Shown here piece by piece: positions 18,779 through 27,174 of a stretch of DNA of 64,000 nt. The position numbers were made by a program, and so were the translations under genes. Source of the DNA: Deltaproteobacteria bacterium (lineage in GTDB: Bacteria > Desulfobacterota > Desulfobaccia > Desulfobaccales > 0-14-0-80-60-11); NCBI GenBank assembly GCA_016874975.1, contig VGSQ01000002.1:98-64097 (forward strand), in the 5' to 3' direction. Below the pieces are notes generated by a model. The model was given only the letters and a program-made list of their open reading frames with translations. It had not been told where the DNA came from and did no database searches. Within the stretch, counting starts at the first letter, position 1. Each line of letters opens with the position of its first letter.

Positions 18779-19450
18779 ATGGACGACCTGGATCGGACCC
18801 TGGAGGCCCTGAAGGTCCAGATCAAAAAAGAAATTGTGGACAACTACTTCGCCGAACGGGTCTACCTGGAGGGTGAGGTCCAGGCCCTGGCCCAGGAGGT
18901 TGACCACTACCGGGAGCACTACAACCAGGCCGCCCGACTCTTTCAAGCCTTTTACCAGGCCTTGGGCGGGTCGGAGGCGGTCATCCGCCGGGTCATGCAG
19001 TTCCTCCGGGTGGACCCCTGGCCGGGCTATGAAGAATACCGGCGATTGCCGGGGCCGATTCAGGCCGGGCTTCTCCGGGGCCGGGCCCGCCGGGGTCTGA
19101 CGGCGCGTCGCCGCCGTCTCCACCTCATCCTGGACCTGTACGACGAGTTGCGCCGCCTCCTGGAGAAGCTCTCCGCCGAGCACGGGGACATCCTGGTGCA
19201 CCTCAGGCTGCTCAACGAGGATATCGACAAGTTCAACCTCTCCTTCGACTTCGGCCTCATCGCCGCCCAGATAGAGGCCATGGAGGGCGGGCCGGCCGTT
19301 ATCGCCGGTGGTCTCCAGGCAGGGGAGCGGGAGGAGTTGTCCACCCGCATGCGCCTGAAGCGCCGGTCTCTTTCCCCGGCGGAACTGCCGCCCCCGCCGC
19401 CGCTGCCGCCCCTCAAGGAGGTCAAAGGGGGGCTAACCGCCCTTTTGTAA
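18779..19450 (+). CDS. Hypothetical coiled-coil protein
   Basis: 223-aa ORF starting 6 nt after the previous stop. I recognise no family. Confidence 0.5.
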   Translation: MDDLDRTLEALKVQIKKEIVDNYFAERVYLEGEVQALAQEVDHYREHYNQAARLFQAFYQALGGSEAVIRRVMQFLRVDPWPGYEEYRRLPGPIQAGLLRGRARRGLTARRRRLHLILDLYDELRRLLEKLSAEHGDILVHLRLLNEDIDKFNLSFDFGLIAAQIEAMEGGPAVIAGGLQAGEREELSTRMRLKRRSLSPAELPPPPPLPPLKEVKGGLTALL

Positions 19451-19470
19451 CCGGACGGATGGAGGTTACC

Positions 19471-20130
19471 ATGAACAGACCCCTGCCGGCGCTGCTGCTG
19501 GTTGCCATGCTGTCGGCGACGGGCTGCGTCGGGGCGACCTATTCGGTGCAGGTCAACGGCTATACCGAAGACCGCATCCAGGCCCCCTGGGCGCCCGGCG
19601 CCGCCTTCTGCGTGGTGGAAAACCGGGACGCCAAGAACCCACTGCTGGAACGGGAGATCAAAGCCAAGGCGGAGCAATTGTTGTCGCAGCGGGGCTTTCG
19701 GCTGGTCCCCGCCTCCCAGGCCGCCTATTTCCTGGCCTTTACCTACGGCTTGGGGCCGGCCGCCAATGTCCCCTGGAGCTATCCCGATTACGCCGCCAAT
19801 ATCGGCTTCGGCATCGGCGGCGGCTATTGGGGGCCGTCCTTTTTCCTGTGGCCGGGCTTCGCCAGCTATCCCAGCCGTCCCCAGAGCTGGTACGACCGCT
19901 GGCTCCTGCTCAACGTCTTTGAGGCCAAAACCTTCCGGGAAAAGGGCGAGCGGCGCACCCTCTGGGTGGGGGAAGCCCGGAGCAGCGGCGCCTCCGGCGA
20001 TTTGCGGCAGGCGGTGAATCCTTTGCTCTTTGCCGCGTTCGCCCGGTTCGGCCAGAACACCGGCCAGGCCGTCACCGTGGAGGTGGATTCCCAGGAACTG
20101 CGCTACCGGGAACTGGAACAGGCGCGCTGA
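19471..20130 (+). CDS. Lipoprotein, hypothetical (DUF4136-like by context)
   Basis: MNRPLPALLLVAMLSATGC lipobox at the internal Met of ORF 19459..20130. Confidence 0.6.
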   Translation: MNRPLPALLLVAMLSATGCVGATYSVQVNGYTEDRIQAPWAPGAAFCVVENRDAKNPLLEREIKAKAEQLLSQRGFRLVPASQAAYFLAFTYGLGPAANVPWSYPDYAANIGFGIGGGYWGPSFFLWPGFASYPSRPQSWYDRWLLLNVFEAKTFREKGERRTLWVGEARSSGASGDLRQAVNPLLFAAFARFGQNTGQAVTVEVDSQELRYRELEQAR

Positions 20131-20157
20131 TATGCGACGGCGAACCTCAGGAGAGAC

Positions 20158-21513
20158 ATGACCGGCGACATATCAGCAAACCGCAGTTTGGGGGACTTCT
20201 TCCGGCGGCGTCTCTGGGAAGGCGAGGCGGAGGGGCTCCAGGGTCTGCCGCTCCGGGGTCTGCGCCTGCTGGTGCTGGCCGGCCGGGGCCTCCTGCGCAA
20301 CCGGGGCTGGCTCCAGGCCGCCATCCTGGCCTACGCCACCATGCTGGCCCTGATCCCCCTGCTGGCCCTGCTCTTCGCCATCCTCAAAAGCTTGGGCCTG
20401 CAACGTTTGCTGGCCTCCCATCTGATGGACCGGCTGGCCCCCGGCTCCCAGGAGTTCGCAGCCCAGATCCTGGAATATATCGAACAAACCCAGGTCACCT
20501 CCCTGGGCGTCTTCGGGGTGGTGTTTCTCCTGGCCGCCCTGGTGATCCTGATGAGCAACGTGGAGCGGGCCCTCAACTGCACCTGGCAGGTGTCCCGGAC
20601 CCGCCCCTGGCTGCGCAAATTCAGCGACTATCTGAGCATCTTTCTCATCTTCCCCATCCTCATGGCGGTGGCCATCTCCCTGTCCAGCGGCATCCTGAGC
20701 CAGCCTGACATCCGCCACTTTCTGTCCACCTTCATGCCGGAGTTCTTCTTCTCCGCCACCACCAGCCTCTTTTCCCTGGGATTGCTGTGGGTGGCTTTCA
20801 CCTTCATTTACCTGGTGATGCCCAACACCCGGGTAACCTTTCGGGCCGCGCTCCTGGGGGGCGTGGTGGGGGGCAGTCTGTGGCAGCTGGCCCACTACAT
20901 CTTCGCCTGGTTTCAGGGCATGGCCACCTACTACAACGCCATTTACGGGGCCCTCTACCACCTCCTCTTCCTGGTCGTCTGGATGTTTTACAGCTGGCTC
21001 GTGGTGCTCTACGGCACGGAAATAGCCTATGCCTCCCAGAACATGGGGCGTCTGCTGCGCCAGGTCCGACGGCCCGGCGCCTCCGGGGAAGCGGTGGACG
21101 AGCACCTGGCCCTGGCGGTCCTGGCCCTGGCGGCCGACCGCTTCCTGAAGCGCCGGACGCCTCTGAGCGTGGACGAACTGGAGGAGATGGTGGGGGGACA
21201 GGACCACCTGGCGACGCGAGTGGCGGAGGTGTTGCAAGCCTGCCGATTGCTGGTAGTGGTCCCCCCTGCCGCGCCGGGGGACGCCGCCTGCTTTCTGCCG
21301 GCCCTGCCGCCGGACCAGGTGACGGTGGGGGAGGCGCTCCACCATCTGCGCCAAAGCCGGGGAGAGGCCCTGGCCGCCCGCGCCGCCGGGGCGCCGGCCC
21401 TGGAGGCCGTGGTGCAGCGTCTAATGGCCGCCGCTCCCCCCTCCCCCTTGGACTCCCTGAGCCTCAAGGAGTTGGTGGCGCGATTGGAGGCGGAGGGACC
21501 GGTCCAGGCATGA
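20158..21513 (+). CDS. YihY/BrkB (virulence factor BrkB) family membrane protein with ~150-aa C-terminal extension
   Basis: AAILAYATMLALIPLLALLF and LNCTWQV...RPWLRK motifs, six TM helices, and the typical YGALYHLLFLVVWMFYSWLVVLYGTEIAY tail. Confidence 0.8.
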   Translation: MTGDISANRSLGDFFRRRLWEGEAEGLQGLPLRGLRLLVLAGRGLLRNRGWLQAAILAYATMLALIPLLALLFAILKSLGLQRLLASHLMDRLAPGSQEFAAQILEYIEQTQVTSLGVFGVVFLLAALVILMSNVERALNCTWQVSRTRPWLRKFSDYLSIFLIFPILMAVAISLSSGILSQPDIRHFLSTFMPEFFFSATTSLFSLGLLWVAFTFIYLVMPNTRVTFRAALLGGVVGGSLWQLAHYIFAWFQGMATYYNAIYGALYHLLFLVVWMFYSWLVVLYGTEIAYASQNMGRLLRQVRRPGASGEAVDEHLALAVLALAADRFLKRRTPLSVDELEEMVGGQDHLATRVAEVLQACRLLVVVPPAAPGDAACFLPALPPDQVTVGEALHHLRQSRGEALAARAAGAPALEAVVQRLMAAAPPSPLDSLSLKELVARLEAEGPVQA

Positions 21514-21548
21514 ACCGGAGGAGGGCCGGCGTGGGGGTGGCGAATCTG

Positions 21549-21684
21549 CTTGAAAAGTCGTTCCGTAGGGTGCGCACCGCGCACCATTGCCCGGGCCTGA
21601 CGGCGAGCAGAGACGCCCGCCCCACCGGCATTTTCATGGGTTACGGGTGGGCCAAAGGCCCATGCGCGACTGCTCTGAAAAGTT
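21549..21684. repeat. Composite intergenic mosaic repeat (modules R1 + GACGCCCGCCCCACCGGC + TTTTCATG-hairpin)
   Basis: CTTGAAAAGT...GTAGGGTGCGCACCGCGCACCAT...AGACGCCCGCCCCACCGGC-ATTTTCATGGGTTACGGGTGGGCCAAAGGCCCATGCGCGACTG...CTGAAAAGTT. The same module order recurs at 50219-50415 and 54705-54810. Confidence 0.85.
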
Positions 21685-22048
21685 AAGAAAGAGGTTGGCA
21701 TCCTGCAGAGGGTTTTCAAAACCGCCGCCCGTTCCCAGGACAAAGGGAGAATTTTGCAAGAGCCTCCTCCGGCAACACCATTTCCAACAGACGCAAGGCC
21801 ATATCTCCTCCCGAGGCGGCCTCCGCCCGGCGTCGCTGCCGTAAGGGGCCCGGGCGCGGATCCCGGTTCCTGGCTCGGCCGCCGGGCGCGCAAGTTCGCC
21901 GACGCACCTGCAGACAGTCGTGGCGACCGCGCCGGCCGCTCATTTAGAGCCGCGGCAGGGCGGCGCCGCATCTCTTCTGCGGCCGGGTCTTCCGGGCCTC
22001 TCCGCTTCAGCATGGGGCGACCCACGCGCTGCACCCTGCCTGCTGCCG

Positions 22049-24949
22049 TCAGGTGGAAGCTCGGGCCGGGGCGATGATTCTCCGGACCAGCTTGTCGATT
22101 TCCACTACGATCACCACCGTGACTGAGATCAGAGCGATCCTGAGCCATTCCATCGGCAGAATGGGCTCCATGCGAAAGACCCATTGCAGGGAGGGAAGAT
22201 AGATGGCCGCCAGGTGGGCCCCGAAGGCGGCGATGGTGCCGAAAAAGAGGAACGGGTTGCCCACGGGATTCAGGCGGAACAGCGACTGCCATTCGGAGCG
22301 GCTGTTGAAGGCCTGGAAAAACTGGAAGAAGACCATGGTGGTCACCGCGATGGTCCGGGCCTTTTCCAGAGACATCCCCTGTTTCAGGGCATGGATGAAG
22401 GCATAGATCACCCCCGCGGAAATCAACAGGGCCACGATGATGGTGCGCTCCACCAGCAGGCGGTTGAAGATGCCGGCCCTGGGGTCTCGGGGCGGCCTCT
22501 TCAAGACGTCCTTTTCTCCCGGCTCGAAGGCCAGGGCCATATCCTGCAAGCCGTTGGTGACGATGTTGATCCACAGAAGCTGGGCCGGCAGATAGGGCAG
22601 CGGCAACCCCAGCATCACGGAGGCCAGAATGGTGATGATGGAGGCGATGCCGGTGGGGATGAGGAAAAAGGTGACTTTGCGGATGTTGTCGAAGACGACG
22701 CGTCCCAGTTCCACGGCCCGGTAGATGCTGGCGAAATTGTCGTCGGCGATGACCATGTCTGAGGCTTCTTTCGCCACGTCGGTGCCGGTTTTCCCCATGG
22801 CCACGCCGATATGGGCCGCCTTCAGGGCCGGGGCGTCGTTCACCCCGTCTCCGGTCATGGCCACGATCTCGCCGTGTTTGAGCAACTGCTGGGTGATGCG
22901 CAGCTTGTGTTGGGGAGAAACCCGGGCATAGACCGACACCTTCTGCACCAGGTGGAAGAGGTCGGCGTCGCTCATGGTCTCGATTTCCTTGCCGGACAGG
23001 ACGTTGCGCACCGCCCCCTCCGGTCCGGCGCGGTGCACCAGGCTGGCGAGCAGGTTTTTGACCAGTCCCAGAAATTCCGGATCGCTCATGGCCAGCACGT
23101 GCCTGCCGGTGAGGCTGGCGGGTTGGAACTGCCCCAGACCGGAGCGCACGGCCAGAATCCGGGTCACCTCCTGCATCAGGGAGAGGATCTCGTCATCGGT
23201 CAGCGCCTCCATCGGCTTGGTGGTGAGGTCCTCCACCGCCTCCTCTTCGGGGGCGATGCCCAGTTTTCTGGAGATGGCCAGGGCGGTGACCGCATGGTCG
23301 CCGGTGATCATCACCACCCGGATGCCCGCTTCTTTGCAGCCTGCCACCGCCTCCACGGCCTCGGGGCGGGGCGGGTCGATCATGCCCTGCAGACCGGCGA
23401 AGATCAGCCCGGTTTGCAGGTCTGCCATGGTGATCTCCGTCTGCTCGGCGGGAATTTCCTTGTAGGCCATGCCCAACACCCGCAGCCCCTCCCGGGCAAA
23501 ATGCTCCGCCACTTTGGGAACGTCCTCCCAGGCGTCCAGACGGCACTCGGCGCAGATCTCCAGCAGTTTTTCCGGGGCTCCCTTGACAAAGACCAGGTTC
23601 CGGTCGCCGTGCCGGTGCAGGGTGGCCATGTAGCCCCGGTCCGATTCAAAGGGAATGAGGAAGAGTTCCGAATATTTTTCCCTCTCCTCTGCAAGGTTCA
23701 ACCCCGCTTTCAGGGCGGCCACAATGAGCGCCCCTTCAGTGGGGTCGCCGTCCACCCTGTAGGCCTCCTCTTCTTCGTAGACCTCCGATTCGTTGCTCAA
23801 CAGACCGATCCTGAAGAGCATGGCCAGTTGTTGGTCGGCGCCGGCCTTGACGGGCCGGCCCTCCTCCAGAATCTCTCCCGTGGGGTTATAGCCGGTGCCG
23901 GTCAATTCATAGATCTTGCCACCGTCATAAGCCCGTATGACGGTCATTTCATTCTTGGTGAGGGTGCCGGTCTTGTCGGAGCAGATCACCGTGGTGCTCC
24001 CCAGGGTCTCCACGGCCGGCAGTTTCCGGATAATGGCCTGGCGCTGGGCCATGCGCGCCACCCCGATGGCCAGGGCGATGGTCACCACGATGGGCAGGCC
24101 CTCGGGGATGGCGGCCACGGTGGCGGCCACCGCGGTCATGAACATGTCTTTGACGCTTTCCCCCACCAGGATGCCCACCAGAAACAGCAATGATGCCGCC
24201 ACCAGCACGATGACGCCGATGGCCTGGGCAAAACGGTCGATCTTCTCCTGAAGGGGGGACCGGGTGACTCCGATCTCCTGGACATCCTTGGCGATGTGGC
24301 CCAGGACCGTGCGGGGGCCGGTGGCCACCACCACCCCTTTGGCCCGCCCGTTGACCACCACCGTGCCCATGAAGGCCATGTTGAGCTGATCGCCGGAGGT
24401 GAGATGGTCCTCCTCGATCAGGGCGCTTTTTTTCTCCGACGGGACGGATTCGCCGGTAAGCATGGACTCATCGGTCTTGAGTTCGATGGTCTTGAACAGC
24501 CGCACATCCGCCGGCACCCGGCCCCCGGAGGCCAACAGCACGATATCGCCGGGGACCACCTCTTCCCCGTTGATCTCCACCTCCTTGCCGTCCCGGAGCA
24601 CCCGGGCCTTGGCCACCACCATCTTTTTCAGGGCCTGCACCTGCTTTTCGGCCTTCACCTCCTGGATATAGCCGATGAGGGCGTTGAGCAGCAGCACCGC
24701 GGCGATCACCCCGGTGTCCTTGTATTCCTCCAGGAAAAAGGTCACCACCCCGGCAATCAGGAGAATATAGATCAGGGGGCTTTTGAATTGATGCAGGAGG
24801 ATTTTCAGTCGGCTGATCTTCTCCGCTTCGGCCAGGCGGTTGGGGCCGAACTTCTTCAGACGCTCCTTGGCGTCGGAAGCGGATAATCCGAGTTCAGAGG
24901 TCTCCAATTCGGCAAAAATATCCTCCGCCTCACGCTGATACCAATTCAT
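22049..24949 (-). CDS. Cation-transporting P-type ATPase (P2, Ca2+/Mg2+-type)
   Basis: Start at [12 protein letters not shown] with a GGAGG RBS. Motifs [19 protein letters not shown], and [13 protein letters not shown]. 966 aa from this start. Confidence 0.9.
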   Translation of the reverse strand: MNWYQREAEDIFAELETSELGLSASDAKERLKKFGPNRLAEAEKISRLKILLHQFKSPLIYILLIAGVVTFFLEEYKDTGVIAAVLLLNALIGYIQEVKAEKQVQALKKMVVAKARVLRDGKEVEINGEEVVPGDIVLLASGGRVPADVRLFKTIELKTDESMLTGESVPSEKKSALIEEDHLTSGDQLNMAFMGTVVVNGRAKGVVVATGPRTVLGHIAKDVQEIGVTRSPLQEKIDRFAQAIGVIVLVAASLLFLVGILVGESVKDMFMTAVAATVAAIPEGLPIVVTIALAIGVARMAQRQAIIRKLPAVETLGSTTVICSDKTGTLTKNEMTVIRAYDGGKIYELTGTGYNPTGEILEEGRPVKAGADQQLAMLFRIGLLSNESEVYEEEEAYRVDGDPTEGALIVAALKAGLNLAEEREKYSELFLIPFESDRGYMATLHRHGDRNLVFVKGAPEKLLEICAECRLDAWEDVPKVAEHFAREGLRVLGMAYKEIPAEQTEITMADLQTGLIFAGLQGMIDPPRPEAVEAVAGCKEAGIRVVMITGDHAVTALAISRKLGIAPEEEAVEDLTTKPMEALTDDEILSLMQEVTRILAVRSGLGQFQPASLTGRHVLAMSDPEFLGLVKNLLASLVHRAGPEGAVRNVLSGKEIETMSDADLFHLVQKVSVYARVSPQHKLRITQQLLKHGEIVAMTGDGVNDAPALKAAHIGVAMGKTGTDVAKEASDMVIADDNFASIYRAVELGRVVFDNIRKVTFFLIPTGIASIITILASVMLGLPLPYLPAQLLWINIVTNGLQDMALAFEPGEKDVLKRPPRDPRAGIFNRLLVERTIIVALLISAGVIYAFIHALKQGMSLEKARTIAVTTMVFFQFFQAFNSRSEWQSLFRLNPVGNPFLFFGTIAAFGAHLAAIYLPSLQWVFRMEPILPMEWLRIALISVTVVIVVEIDKLVRRIIAPARAST

Positions 24950-25259
24950 GTTTCCTCCATTGACGCCAGGGCTCCGGGAGGGCTCACCGGAGATGGTGGA
25001 AGATGGGAGCCCGCCTCCCCGGAGCCTGGTTTCCGAGTTGCCGCCCAAGAACAGAAACGATGCTGTTTTACCGGATAGCGCCTAATCTCAGACGATATCC
25101 GGGCAGTCGCGGCTGCGCCCGGGGTCTTTCCAACGGGATGAAAGGCAGCTTCCGGGGGGAGGACCGGGGGAGCGGCGGCTCCCGTGGCACAGGCGTCTCG
25201 CCTGTGATTCCCTCCTCCTGGCCCCCTCCTGCGAGGGGAGGGGGAATAAAGGAACTTTT

Positions 25260-25362
25260 ACCGTGAAAATTCCGGTTCTGTAGGGGCGGGTTTGAAACCA
25301 ACCCCTACAAAAGGTTTTTCATGCCCGGGGGTGGCCCCGTTGGGGCCATGAGCATTTCATAG
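25260..25362 (+). repeat. 103-bp dispersed repeat, copy 1 (GTAGGGGCGGGTTTGAAACC hairpin + TTTTTCATG-GGCCCC hairpin)
   Basis: Differs from 30413-30515 at only 3 positions, and both copies are in the same orientation. Confidence 0.9.
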
Positions 25363-25512
25363 CAGGCTCCGCCACAGTATCTTCAAAGGCGCCTCCGTGT
25401 GCCGGGTCGGATGCCGCCGGGAAGGCGGGTCGACAACGTCCGGAACCAGGGCGGAGGGCGCAGGCCGGCCCTCCAGGCGCCGCGCCCCGGGTCATTTCCG
25501 CCGATGGCCCCT

Positions 25513-26748
25513 CTAGTTCGAGCCGGGGACCCGCTTCAGGGTGAAATTGGTCTCAAAAGAGGCAAAGAGATCCAGGTACTGCTCCAGGTTGCGGCTCAGG
25601 AGAAACCTTTGCCGCACGGTCTCCCGGCCGGCTTCCCCCAGGCGCCGCCGCAAGGCTTCATCCTGCACCAGTTGTACGATCCGGGCGGCGGCCTCTGTCA
25701 CCGTGTTCACCAGGAAGCCGTTGACCCCGTCCTCGATCTGGTAACGGATGCCGCCCACGTTGCCGCCGATGACCGCCGCGCCCTTCCACATGGCCTCGGA
25801 CACGGTGAGGCCGAACCCCTCCCGCAGGGATTTCTGCAGGACCACCGCGGCCCGGCTTTGCAAGGCGTTCACCAGGGCGGTGTCCTGCACTGATAAGATA
25901 ATAATGCGCTCCTCCTGGCATTCCAGCAGGGATTCGTAGATTTCCGGGCCTTCCGGGTCGTCGGTGGCGACGTTGCCCAACAGGACCAGGGTGCAGTCCA
26001 CCTCTTTCCGGGCGATTTTGAAGGCCTCCACCACCCCCTGGGGGTCTTTCCAGTGGTCGAAGCGGGAGACCTGCACCACCAGCGGCAGGTCGGTGGGAAT
26101 ACGGTAGTGCTCCAGCCGCTCATCTATCTCCGCTTCGCTCAAGGGAGCGTTTTTGATGGTGAAGGGATCGATGGCCGGCATGAAAAAGAGCTGGGGGGTT
26201 TTGAGCTCCCGGGTGTATTCCTTGATGCTGAAGATGACGGCATCGTATTTTTCCACAAAGGGGCTGAGGTAGTTCCATAACTCCGGGTCGGGGGCGCTCA
26301 GGTCCACGTGGCCGCGCCAGATCCAGGGGCCCCGCTTGCGGTAATGGTTGATCAGAGGCAGGGGCTGGGGGTCATGGATGATGACCACGTCGTGCTCCAG
26401 GTGGGTGCGGATGGCATTTTCGTAGACCACCGCCTCGTAAATTTCCTTCTTCCGGTCGGTGAGGTTGATCTCCCCGCCCTGCAGGGCGTTGTGCATCTTT
26501 TTGGTGATGCTGAAGAAGTCGGGAGACCCCTGGATCACCCGCCAGCCGGTCTTGATGCCGACGCTGTTCATCAGGATGCTCATGGAGCCCAGCAGCTCCG
26601 CCACTCCGCCGCCGTAGTAGGTGGAATTGACGTTGACCACGTGCAGGTCCCGCAGGTTTCTGGCCTTCCCGAGGATGCGCGCCACGGTCTCGGCGCCGAC
26701 AAATTGTGCATAATCCTCGATATTAACGATCCGGGGGTGATTGATCAT
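25513..26748 (-). CDS. treT: TreT-like GT4 glycosyltransferase (trehalose glycosyltransferring synthase family)
   Basis: Start at MINHPRIVNIEDYAQFVG with an AAGGAG-like RBS. N-terminal NVNSTYYGGGVAELL, FFSITKKMHNALQG, IIHDPQPLPLI, WIWRGHVDLS, and C-terminal GT4 EGFGLTVSEAMWKGAAVIGGNVGGI. Confidence 0.7.
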   Translation of the reverse strand: MINHPRIVNIEDYAQFVGAETVARILGKARNLRDLHVVNVNSTYYGGGVAELLGSMSILMNSVGIKTGWRVIQGSPDFFSITKKMHNALQGGEINLTDRKKEIYEAVVYENAIRTHLEHDVVIIHDPQPLPLINHYRKRGPWIWRGHVDLSAPDPELWNYLSPFVEKYDAVIFSIKEYTRELKTPQLFFMPAIDPFTIKNAPLSEAEIDERLEHYRIPTDLPLVVQVSRFDHWKDPQGVVEAFKIARKEVDCTLVLLGNVATDDPEGPEIYESLLECQEERIIILSVQDTALVNALQSRAAVVLQKSLREGFGLTVSEAMWKGAAVIGGNVGGIRYQIEDGVNGFLVNTVTEAAARIVQLVQDEALRRRLGEAGRETVRQRFLLSRNLEQYLDLFASFETNFTLKRVPGSN

Positions 26749-26918
26749 GACCGTCTCCTTTTCTTTGCCTGACCTCATGCTGAAGGCGGGAAAAGGGGCC
26801 CCGGGGCGGAAACCCGGAAGCCCTGCCCACCCGGCCCGCGTCGTTTTCCGGCACGGCGACCGCAGCCTCCCTCCGGGCTGCTGATTTTACCCCCTGATGA
26901 TAGACTCCGGGTCGGCAA

Positions 26919-26938
26919 TTATGGTAAGTTTACCATAA
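26919..26938. promoter_or_regulatory. Perfect 20-bp palindrome, candidate operator in the divergent treT-like/UPF0182 intergenic region
   Basis: TTATGGTAA-GT-TTACCATAA (9-bp arms). Confidence 0.35.
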
Positions 26939-27174
26939 CTGTCCGGTGAAGGATGTTGCCGGAACCGGTTCTTCGGCCCCTTCTCGGGATGGGGGTGGGG
27001 GAGGGGGGCGAATGAGTCCACTCTTCAATTATCGTGATAAAATAACCGTCACCACTCTATCCCTCTCCCCTTCAGGGGGGATCTCAGGACGAAATTGTCT
27101 TCCGAAGCACATCGCCAGCCCTGGCAGAAAATCCCTGCGGTCATGGAATGACCGAGTGATCCGGAGCCTCTGAC

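Noticed and set aside
21565-21587. R1 hairpins (GTAGGGTGCGCACCGCGCACCAT family) as tRNA fragments or CRISPR repeats
   Set aside because: The elements are single ~23-nt hairpins, dispersed in both orientations. They show no cloverleaf potential and no regular spacing.
21027-22574. 515-aa minus-strand ORF bridging the YihY 3' end, the repeat-filled intergenic region and the ATPase 3' end
   Set aside because: It crosses two convergent real genes and translates repeat modules (for example RAMVRGAHPTE). No coherent domain is present.
22811-24193. 460-aa plus-strand ORF (and 22184..22762, 24296..24886) inside the P-type ATPase region
   Set aside because: Antisense to a gene with DKTGT, TGES and [10 protein letters not shown] motifs. 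The composition is His/Gly/Gln/Asp-rich and non-protein-like.
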